The notes under the pieces: model-generated | What the model was told of the DNA's origin: nothing | Seen by the model: only the letters and a program-made list of their open reading frames with translations | Databases searched by the model: none | Position numbers and translations under genes: made by a program | Assembly (NCBI RefSeq): GCF_000009705.1 | Contig: NC_003276.1 | Span: forward strand, 90,001 to 122,000 | Source of the DNA: Nostoc sp. PCC 7120 = FACHB-418 | GTDB lineage: Bacteria; Cyanobacteriota; Cyanobacteriia; Cyanobacteriales; Nostocaceae | Direction of reading: 5' to 3' | Length of the DNA: 32,000 nt | Shown here: positions 17,714-25,327 of the stretch, in pieces | Layout: each line of letters starts with the position of its first letter | Numbering within the stretch: the stretch's first letter is position 1

Positions 17714-17974
17714 ACCTTTAGCTGGCGGTGTTTAGCTGCGATTGTCGCCCCTTGAACTTTGAGCGTCTTCCAGAACCAACGCCTACCGTCACGCTTGATG
17801 TGCTTGGAAATTTGGCAAAATTAGTGAATCTGTTGGAGTATTACCAATACAAACTGAAAAAGAGATTATAGCAACCAATATCGGTTTACTTGCCAAGAAA
17901 TCTTGTGCTAAACTCCGTACAAGCACATACTTAAGCTTTATACAGTATAAACTATCGCTTTTATTTGCCTAACC

Positions 17975-19735
17975 ATGCTAAAAGATTTCTCTGGTCAAAA
18001 TCTCAGAGGTCGTTCGTTCAAAGGCGAAGACTTGGGCGGGGCAAACTTTAGCTATGCAGATATCCGAGGGGTAGATTTTAGTGGGTCTAATTTGAGCGGT
18101 GCAAACTTTAGTCATGCTGAAGCTGGGCTACCGTTATATTGGGCAATTGGATTGATTATAATTTCATCTTTATTGACAGCAGTTATAGGGATATGTTTAC
18201 TATTTACTCATATTGTATTAACAGCCATTCTTACGTTTTCTAATAATATCAATATTAGCTTTAAATTTGGCATAATTTGTTCAATTATATTTGCTGTTGC
18301 TTTTACTATTCATAAGAAATTTGTAGCAGGTTTAGAAGCACTTTGTTTGGTCTTTACTGTGGCAGTAGCTATGGCAGTAAGTACCAGTATTATTTTAGAC
18401 ATTACTGCCAATGCTAAAGTAAATGTTCTTGGGAATTTTGCCGTAGCAGTTGCTTTGACTGTGACTATCATTTTTATTATATTTTTTACTGTTGTTGGCA
18501 TTATGAGTATTGCGGTGAGTGCCGGAATTGCAATAGCAGTTTTGGAGTCTGAAAAATTTCTTGTTTTAATTTTTTTCACTATTATTGTCACTATTCTTAT
18601 TCTTTTCTCTTTCATTATCTCAGTTTTTAATATTTATGAAGCTGGAATTTTTACTGGAATTTTCGTGATTTTAAGTGCCTATATGGGAATATTTGTTACA
18701 ACTTCTAAAAAGTATGAGACTGGTATTAAAGAAATTTCCATAGCTGTTGCTGCTATGAAAGGCACTAAATTTCATTTAACCAACTTAAGTAATGCCAATT
18801 TCAGTCATGCCAAACTAAAAAATACAAACTTTGAAAAAGCTAACCTAACTAACGTCTGTTGGAATAATGCTAAAAAGCTTAAATATATTTATCCTATTAG
18901 AATTCATCAAGAGAATGGACAAGTAAATTCAGATAATATAGATTCCCATAAGAGCATTAACTTCACATTCAAAAAGGGGATTGTTTGGGAAGCTTTTTTG
19001 TCTACTTATAAAATAATTGTTGATAATGAAGGTGTCGAGCTAAATATTCAAAGTATTGAGAACAAGAATAATAATGTTTTAGTCATAAAAGTTCAAGTTC
19101 CTGAAGGAGCCAATAAAGCAAATATTTCTAATATTTTTAGACAAAAATACAAAAATGCACTGAAAGCTATAGAAGCGAAATACGAAGGAGAATTAAAAAA
19201 TAAAAACAATCAAATGACCATTTATCGTCAAGTTTATGAAGATAATTTACAACAAAATGCAAATTTGTTAAATATTATAAATAAAATGGCTACAAGTCAG
19301 TCTATAAATATTCAAAATATAGCTAAATCAGAAAGCGAATCTATGTCAGAAAGTTCTAAGAAACAATCTAGCTTTGATCTTAAAGGCGCTCAATTCGGTG
19401 GCGGTCTAGTCAACGCCGATACAGTAAATGCAAACCAAATCGGCGGTAACATCACCAACTACAACCCAGAGCAAAAGCAGAATCTCGCCCAAGCCGCAGC
19501 AGACATTCAGCAGCTTCTCAACCAACTGAGCCAAACCTACCCCACGACTACAACATCGGAGAAAATGAGCGTTGTGGCTAGGGCTGTAGATGAGATTGAG
19601 AGTAACCCAACATTAAAAGCACGGGTAATAGGTGCGTTGAAGGCTGGGGGAACCGAGGCGTTGAAGGAACTAATCGATAATCCTTTGATTAATATACTGC
19701 TGGCATCAATCGACGGGTGGCAAGATGCGGAATAG
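17975..19735 (+). CDS. pentapeptide-repeat / six-TM membrane protein with C-terminal shared motif (586 aa); candidate effector 1
   Basis: Pentapeptide runs occur at both ends of a ~200-aa hydrophobic block (~18130..18710): ANFSYADIRGVDFSGSNLSGANFSHA and TNLSNANFSHAKLKNTNFEKANLTN. A ~85-aa domain shared with the next gene follows, then a K/N/Q-rich stretch, then the motif AQFGGGLVNADTVNANQIGGNITN, then a ~90-aa helical tail. Confidence 0.85.
   Translation: MLKDFSGQNLRGRSFKGEDLGGANFSYADIRGVDFSGSNLSGANFSHAEAGLPLYWAIGLIIISSLLTAVIGICLLFTHIVLTAILTFSNNINISFKFGIICSIIFAVAFTIHKKFVAGLEALCLVFTVAVAMAVSTSIILDITANAKVNVLGNFAVAVALTVTIIFIIFFTVVGIMSIAVSAGIAIAVLESEKFLVLIFFTIIVTILILFSFIISVFNIYEAGIFTGIFVILSAYMGIFVTTSKKYETGIKEISIAVAAMKGTKFHLTNLSNANFSHAKLKNTNFEKANLTNVCWNNAKKLKYIYPIRIHQENGQVNSDNIDSHKSINFTFKKGIVWEAFLSTYKIIVDNEGVELNIQSIENKNNNVLVIKVQVPEGANKANISNIFRQKYKNALKAIEAKYEGELKNKNNQMTIYRQVYEDNLQQNANLLNIINKMATSQSINIQNIAKSESESMSESSKKQSSFDLKGAQFGGGLVNADTVNANQIGGNITNYNPEQKQNLAQAAADIQQLLNQLSQTYPTTTTSEKMSVVARAVDEIESNPTLKARVIGALKAGGTEALKELIDNPLINILLASIDGWQDAE
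19388..19459 (+). other. shared signalling-type motif, instance 1 (AQFGGGLVNADTVNANQIGGNITN)
   Basis: Read codon by codon in the frame of 17975..19735. Confidence 0.8.
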
Positions 19736-19772
19736 TTTGTTGTCAACAGGTGAGCAGAAGGGTTAGCTGAAG

Positions 19773-20882
19773 ATGGCGAATGAGGAGCATCTGGCGATAC
19801 TGAGACAGGGGGTGGAGGTTTGGAATGCGTGGAGAGAAAATAACCCAGATATAAATCCTGACCTTAGCTGTTTGAATTTTAATAAAATTGATTTAGATGG
19901 ATTTAATTTTAGTAATACTGTTATTTTTGGTTCTACTTTTGGCAGTTCTTCTCTCCGAAAAACTTTATTTACTAGAGCCTTTCTACAAAATACAGACCTT
20001 GCAGGCGTTGATTTAACTGGATCTAATTTGCGTGGAGCATTTCTCAATAAAGCTAATTTATTAGGTGCTAATTTGTGTCAGGTAGATTTAAGTTATGCTG
20101 ATCTTTCAGAAACTGATCTGAGTAGTAGCTGCCTGATAAAAGCCAAGTTACTTCAAACAAACCTTGTAAGAGCTTATCTGGCAGGAGCTAATCTTGTAGA
20201 TGCGGATCTCAGCCACGCTAATTTAATGTTAACTACGGCAGCGTACACCAATTTTGAAAGAGCAATATTAACTGGTGCTTGTATTGAAGCTTGGAATACT
20301 AATGAACGTACAAATTTCAATTTTGTGACTTGTGACTATATTTATCTTCGGCACGAACAACAAGAACGCCGCCCCAGCAGTGGTAACTTTGCCCCTGGCG
20401 AGTTCACCAAGTTATTCCAGAAATCTCTAGAAACCGTTGACCTAATCTTTCGCAATGGTATCGACTGGGATGCTTTCGCTTACTCCTTCAAAAAGGTAGA
20501 AGTCGAAAACCAAGGCGCACAATTGGATGTCCAAAGCATTGAAAAGAAAGGCGATGGCATTCTTGTAGTTAGAGTGGCTGTTGCCCCTGATGCAGATAAG
20601 GCGAAAATTCACAACGATTTCATGCAGGGGTATGAATTTGCGGCTAAGACATTGGAAGCACAGTATCAAGCAAGACTTGAAGATAAAGACAAAGTAATTA
20701 ATCAGCTATTTTCCACCATCGACCAGCAAAATCAGTTACTAGCTCAGACTGGCGATAAAGTTTCAATTTACTATCAACCGAACTCTCAGTTTGCAGGTGG
20801 CATAGTGGATGCCAATACTGTCGATGCACAGCAAATTGGTGGTAATATTCAAAACAATAACACTGAAGACTTCTCAAGTTGA
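19773..20882 (+). CDS. soluble pentapeptide-repeat protein with C-terminal shared motif (369 aa); candidate effector 2
   Basis: The opening ILRQGVEVWNAWRENNPDINPDLS and ~130 aa of A(D/N)LXX repeats are typical. The shared domain (DLIFRNGIDWDAFAYSFKKVEVENQGAQLDVQSIEKKGDGILVVRV...) and the motif SQFAGGIVDANTVDAQQIGGNIQN lie 9 codons before the stop. The stop is 3 nt before the next start. Confidence 0.85.
   Translation: MANEEHLAILRQGVEVWNAWRENNPDINPDLSCLNFNKIDLDGFNFSNTVIFGSTFGSSSLRKTLFTRAFLQNTDLAGVDLTGSNLRGAFLNKANLLGANLCQVDLSYADLSETDLSSSCLIKAKLLQTNLVRAYLAGANLVDADLSHANLMLTTAAYTNFERAILTGACIEAWNTNERTNFNFVTCDYIYLRHEQQERRPSSGNFAPGEFTKLFQKSLETVDLIFRNGIDWDAFAYSFKKVEVENQGAQLDVQSIEKKGDGILVVRVAVAPDADKAKIHNDFMQGYEFAAKTLEAQYQARLEDKDKVINQLFSTIDQQNQLLAQTGDKVSIYYQPNSQFAGGIVDANTVDAQQIGGNIQNNNTEDFSS
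20784..20855 (+). other. shared motif, instance 2 (SQFAGGIVDANTVDAQQIGGNIQN)
   Basis: Frame of 19773..20882; 9 codons from the stop. Confidence 0.8.
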
Positions 20883-20885
20883 CCC

Positions 20886-22841
20886 ATGCCGGACTCACAA
20901 GACCCGAAGCAAGTCAATAACAACGACTTACGCAATGCCCAGTTTGGAGGCGGGTTGATAAATGCTGAGAATGTCAATGCTGGCAGAATTGGCGGAGATA
21001 TTTGGAATATTTTCTTAGGACAGCAGACAACACCAATAGGCAATCCGGCTCGACCAAGGAACGAACGGATACTACTCGCCGCAGCTAAGGAAGAAGTTAC
21101 AGCGCGGTTAAGGCAATCTCTACATAATGCCGTGCTGATTAATTTAGGGAAGGAGTCACAACCCCAGCAGGTAAAACGCCCTTGGGATGCAGAAATAAAA
21201 ATCGGCTTGAAGCCGGCCGTTCCTCTTTCAGACACGACAACTATCTTGGAAGTTTTTAATTCCCCGGAAATTGCAGGAAAATTACTAATTTTGGGTGCGC
21301 CAGGGTCAGGTAAGACAACCACACAACTAGAACTGGCTCAAGAATTAGTTAAACGTGCAGAAGAGCAGTCTGATTATCCTGTTCCCGTTTTATTTAACTT
21401 ATCTTCTTGGAAAGATGATCGGCAATCTATAACTGATTGGTTGGTGGCTGAACTTAAATCTAAATATGGGGTTTCAAAAAAGCTTGGCCAAGAGTGGGTA
21501 GACAACCACCAATTACTACCATTACTTGATGGTTTAGACGAACTTGAACCACAACGTCAAGAACTCTGCGTTCATGCAATCAATCGATTTTTAGGAGGCG
21601 AAGATAGACCACTTTATTTAGCTATTTGTAGTCGGAGTGAGGAATATAGTAACTATGCGACTCAATTACAACTTAATGGTGCGATTTACTTACAGCCTTT
21701 AACTAACAACCAAATTTATGATTATTTAACTTCTATAAATTATATAGAACTGTGGTCAACTATCAGTAACGACTTAGATTTAATAGAGTTAGTAAAAACT
21801 CCCTTACTATTGGGCATTACTGTTCTAGCCTCTCAAGAAATATCTGTTGAAAAATGGCAGCATTTAACTTCTACAGCAGACCGGGTTCAATATTTGCTAG
21901 ATGTCTATATAGTACGGATGTTGACACGAAATATTAACAGTAGGACATATTTGAAGAACAAAACTCCTAATACTAGACAAACTCAAATGTGGCTTGTTTG
22001 GTTAGCCAAACAAACACAAAAGCAATCTAAAACTGAATTTTTAATTGAAGAAATACAGCCTAGTTATTTAAATGGCAGATTTGAAAATTTCAGTTATTAT
22101 TTTCTATATACTTTAAGCATATTCTCGATTTTTGGAATTGGTCTTGCTTTAATGATACATGATATATTAGCTAGTATTTTATTTATAATTTTTGAAATAT
22201 TTATGGGTTTGATTACAGGTCTAATTTTAGGGCTGATTTTAGATATGGAACCTAAATCGATAATTTTAGTAGAAAAACTCACTTTTTTCCCAATCAATGT
22301 AGATATTTTACTATTTTCTATATTTGTAACTATGTTGCCTTGGATGCTTTTATCAATTTCCTTAAAGATACCTTTAGGAAATTTTATACTGAATTTAATA
22401 ATAATTTTAGGTCTATTTTATGGTTCTCTTTCTAAAGAACCTGACCGAGTTATAGACAATAAAAAAGTTCCGAATCAAGGTATTTGGAAGTCCGGATTCA
22501 ATGCTGTTTTTTTAGGGCTTGTTGCAATAGGATCTTATGGGTTGATTTATGTATTCACTCATAACGAGATTTGGTGGCTATTTTTAGAGCCAGTATGGAG
22601 GCTAGGATTAGGGCTAACACTGGTGCTGACATGGGGTTTATTTTATGGTGGTGATGCGTGCATTCAACACTTTGCCCTTCGCCTTACCCTTTACTTAAAC
22701 GGACACATCCCCTGGAACTACGCCCGTTTCCTCGACTACTGCACCGAGCGTATGCTACTCCAGCGTGTCGGCGGCCGCTACCGCTTCATCCACAAATTGC
22801 TGCAAGACCACTTCGCCCAAATGGAGTTCAGGCGAGATTAA
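20886..22841 (+). CDS. NACHT-family STAND NTPase 1 with N-terminal shared motif and an embedded multi-TM region (651 aa)
   Basis: Walker A GAPGSGKTT (21294..21320), Walker B LLPLLDGLDEL, and the motif AQFGGGLINAENVNAGRIGGDIWN at residues 18-41. A hydrophobic block lies at ~22090..22670. The terminal YRFIHKLLQDHFAQ is typical of the end of NACHT modules. Confidence 0.9.
   Translation: MPDSQDPKQVNNNDLRNAQFGGGLINAENVNAGRIGGDIWNIFLGQQTTPIGNPARPRNERILLAAAKEEVTARLRQSLHNAVLINLGKESQPQQVKRPWDAEIKIGLKPAVPLSDTTTILEVFNSPEIAGKLLILGAPGSGKTTTQLELAQELVKRAEEQSDYPVPVLFNLSSWKDDRQSITDWLVAELKSKYGVSKKLGQEWVDNHQLLPLLDGLDELEPQRQELCVHAINRFLGGEDRPLYLAICSRSEEYSNYATQLQLNGAIYLQPLTNNQIYDYLTSINYIELWSTISNDLDLIELVKTPLLLGITVLASQEISVEKWQHLTSTADRVQYLLDVYIVRMLTRNINSRTYLKNKTPNTRQTQMWLVWLAKQTQKQSKTEFLIEEIQPSYLNGRFENFSYYFLYTLSIFSIFGIGLALMIHDILASILFIIFEIFMGLITGLILGLILDMEPKSIILVEKLTFFPINVDILLFSIFVTMLPWMLLSISLKIPLGNFILNLIIILGLFYGSLSKEPDRVIDNKKVPNQGIWKSGFNAVFLGLVAIGSYGLIYVFTHNEIWWLFLEPVWRLGLGLTLVLTWGLFYGGDACIQHFALRLTLYLNGHIPWNYARFLDYCTERMLLQRVGGRYRFIHKLLQDHFAQMEFRRD
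20937..21008 (+). other. shared motif, instance 3 (AQFGGGLINAENVNAGRIGGDIWN)
   Basis: Residues 18-41 of NACHT-1. Confidence 0.8.
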
Positions 22842-22927
22842 GAAAGAATTTGCATCTGTTGAACTCAAAAACTTGAGTGATATTATTTTCAGTAACAACG
22901 CTTAAGCTTGCCCAAATAAACTAATCC

Positions 22928-25078
22928 ATGCCAGACTCAGAAAAACCAAAGCAAGTCAACAATAATAATCTACAAAATGCCCAATTTGGTGGTGGGTTGA
23001 TTAATGCCGACACGGTGAACGCCCAAAGAATAGGTGGTGACATTTGGAATTTTTTCTTTGGGCAGCAGCTAGCACCAGAAGCAAACTTTTTAAGACCAGA
23101 AAATCAGAGACTAGTACTAGCTGATGTTAAGCATGAAGTTAATGGGCGACTGAAACAATCTCTACATAACACTGTGCTAATTAATCTGGGAAAAGAGTTA
23201 CAACTGCAACAAGTAAAAAGATATTGGGATGCGGAGATAAAAATTGGGACTAAACCACCTGAACCCGTTTCAGAGAATACAACTATCTTATCAGTTTTTG
23301 ATTCTGAAGAAATAGCCGGTGAATTGTTGATTTTAGGTGCGCCAGGAGCGGGTAAAACAACTACACAGTTAGAACTAGCACAAGCACTAATTAAGCAGGC
23401 TGAAGAAAACCCTACTTATCCTATACCAGTATTAATTAATCTTTCCTCTTGGAAAGATAAAAATCAACCAATTAGTGAATGGTTGGTAGTTGAACTCAAG
23501 TCCAAGTATGGTATTACAAAACAGCTTAGTCAGCATTGGTTAATAAATCGACAATTACTTCTTTTATTAGATGGTTTAGATGAAGTTAAACCAATATTTC
23601 AAGAGGCTTGTGTTAAATCTATTAATCAACTAGTGCGAGGAGAATATCGATCTTCATCTATAGTAATTTGCAGTCGTTCTCAAGAATATCAAAATTATAA
23701 AACTAACCTTCGGATTAACGGGGCAATTTGCTTAAAACCTTTAACTAAAAAGCAAATAAACAAATATCTCATTGAAATTAATAATGCTGATTTATGGGAA
23801 ACTATTAACAATGATTTCAATTTACTGGAGTTAGTTAAATCTCCCTTACTACTTAGTATTACCATTATAGCAGCAAGAGAAATATCTCTTAGTAAATGGC
23901 AGCATTTAGAGTCTACCCAAGAGCATCTTGAGCATTTGCTCAATGCGTATGTGCAGCGAATGTTAACAAGAGAGATTAATAGTAATTTATTTGTTAAAAA
24001 TAAGGCTCCTAATGCTGCGAGAACTTGCTTTTGGCTTGGATGGTTAGCGCAGAATTTACAAAGAGAATCACAAACTGAATTTTTAATTGAAAAAATGCAA
24101 CCATCTTGGTTAGCAGATAGTATTCTCAAAAAACAATATCGAGTTCAGGCTTACCTAATTGGAGGTCTTGTTGTATTATGTTTTAGTTTAGTTGTGGGTC
24201 TAATTGCAGGTCTAATTGGAGAACTGTTAGACATCCTTCAAGGATTCGGATTAATTGAAGGCTTAATTGCAGGTTTATGTATTGGTTTAATCTCTGCACC
24301 AGTTTTTGGTGTTTTTTTTGGATTAAACAAAGAAATAAAACCTATTGAGACTCTAATTTGGTCTTGGAAAAGAGCTAAATTGGGTTTTAAAAATGGTTTA
24401 GTTCTAGCTGCAAAGATTGGGATGTTTATTACAATTTTTTGCTTAATAATTGCCATTACTATTGATGTAATTTCTAATGGGGTAGCCATAAATTTTCATC
24501 GAACAATTGTGTTAATTTATGCAGTAATGTTTGGGCTAATATTTGACCTATTTTTTACGTTGCTCTTTGGTTTGCTATTGGGATTACTTTTTGCTCTAAA
24601 TGATGGACTTGTTAATTTGGAGATGAAAGCAAAAGTCACTCCAAATCAAGGTATCTCAAATTCAGTAATTAATGCTGGGGTCACTGGGATAATTCATGGA
24701 TTGAGCCTTAGTTTCTTTTTAGGGTTGATGAGTGGGTTAATCGGTTGGCTTAGTTTGTTGAGCCTAAAGATTAGCTTTCCTCAAGAAGCTGTATCAGCAG
24801 AAGCATGGTTCTCGACGACTTTAAATATTACTCTTTTTGCATCTATCACTGGACTCGTTTTTGGGTTAGTTAGTGGATTAATTAGCGGTAGAGTTTGTAT
24901 TGAACACTTTACTCTCCGCCTCATCCTTTACTGTAACGGCTACATCCCCTGGAATTACGCCCGTTTCCTCGACTACTGCACCGAGCGTATGCTGCTCCAG
25001 CGTGTCGGTGGCCGCTACCGCTTCATCCACAAACTGCTGCAAGACCATTTCGCGCAAATGGAGTTTAGGCAAGATTAA
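22928..25078 (+). CDS. NACHT-family STAND NTPase 2 (paralogue; 716 aa) with N-terminal shared motif and an embedded multi-TM region
   Basis: Walker A GAPGAGKTT (23336..23362), Walker B LLLLLDGLDEV, and the motif AQFGGGLINADTVNAQRIGGDIWN at residues 18-41. A hydrophobic block lies at ~24148..24890. The last ~45 aa are nearly identical to NACHT-1. Confidence 0.9.
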   Translation: MPDSEKPKQVNNNNLQNAQFGGGLINADTVNAQRIGGDIWNFFFGQQLAPEANFLRPENQRLVLADVKHEVNGRLKQSLHNTVLINLGKELQLQQVKRYWDAEIKIGTKPPEPVSENTTILSVFDSEEIAGELLILGAPGAGKTTTQLELAQALIKQAEENPTYPIPVLINLSSWKDKNQPISEWLVVELKSKYGITKQLSQHWLINRQLLLLLDGLDEVKPIFQEACVKSINQLVRGEYRSSSIVICSRSQEYQNYKTNLRINGAICLKPLTKKQINKYLIEINNADLWETINNDFNLLELVKSPLLLSITIIAAREISLSKWQHLESTQEHLEHLLNAYVQRMLTREINSNLFVKNKAPNAARTCFWLGWLAQNLQRESQTEFLIEKMQPSWLADSILKKQYRVQAYLIGGLVVLCFSLVVGLIAGLIGELLDILQGFGLIEGLIAGLCIGLISAPVFGVFFGLNKEIKPIETLIWSWKRAKLGFKNGLVLAAKIGMFITIFCLIIAITIDVISNGVAINFHRTIVLIYAVMFGLIFDLFFTLLFGLLLGLLFALNDGLVNLEMKAKVTPNQGISNSVINAGVTGIIHGLSLSFFLGLMSGLIGWLSLLSLKISFPQEAVSAEAWFSTTLNITLFASITGLVFGLVSGLISGRVCIEHFTLRLILYCNGYIPWNYARFLDYCTERMLLQRVGGRYRFIHKLLQDHFAQMEFRQD
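22979..23050 (+). other. shared motif, instance 4 (AQFGGGLINADTVNAQRIGGDIWN)
   Basis: Residues 18-41 of NACHT-2. Confidence 0.8.
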
Positions 25079-25159
25079 AAGAAATTTCGTTTCAGTTGAC
25101 CTAAAAACAAAGGTGATAGTATTTACAATAACAACGCTTAAGCCTGCCCAAACTGACCT

Positions 25160-25327
25160 ATGCCGGACTCCCAAGACCCAAAGCAAGTCACCAATAACAA
25201 TGCACCCAATTGTCAGTTTGGTGGAGGGTTGATTAATGCTAAGTCTGTCAAGGCAGAGCGGATAAGATGCTACATTTACAACACTTATCCACCCTGCGTT
25301 TGCGTTAGACAATTACAATACTTGTAG
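25160..25327 (+). pseudogene. truncated 5' end of a third NACHT paralogue
   Basis: MPDSQDPKQVTNNNAPNCQFGGGLINAKSVKAERI... parallels the first ~35 residues of both NACHT genes, and the preceding spacer matches the spacer before NACHT-2. Similarity is lost by ~25275, and the frame runs into the 3' end of the convergent giant gene. Confidence 0.6.
25211..25282 (+). other. shared motif, instance 5, decayed (CQFGGGLINAKSVKAERIRCYIYN)
   Basis: Lies in the truncated third NACHT start. The first two thirds are conserved; the IGGDIWN part is degraded. Confidence 0.6.

Noticed and set aside
18310-20898. Minus-strand ORFs antisense to the pentapeptide genes (18310..18615, 19537..19746, 19763..20047, 20442..20669, 20698..20898)
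   Set aside because: The sense frames carry clear pentapeptide repeats and the shared domain. The antisense ORFs are short and featureless.
20849-25312. Minus-strand and alternative-frame ORFs over the NACHT genes (20849..21322, 22097..22297, 22658..22876, 23695..24129, 24238..24489, 24878..25312, 24900..25232)
   Set aside because: They overlap long ORFs that have Walker A/B motifs, so they are shadow frames. The paired appearance of some simply reflects the paralogy of the two NACHT genes.
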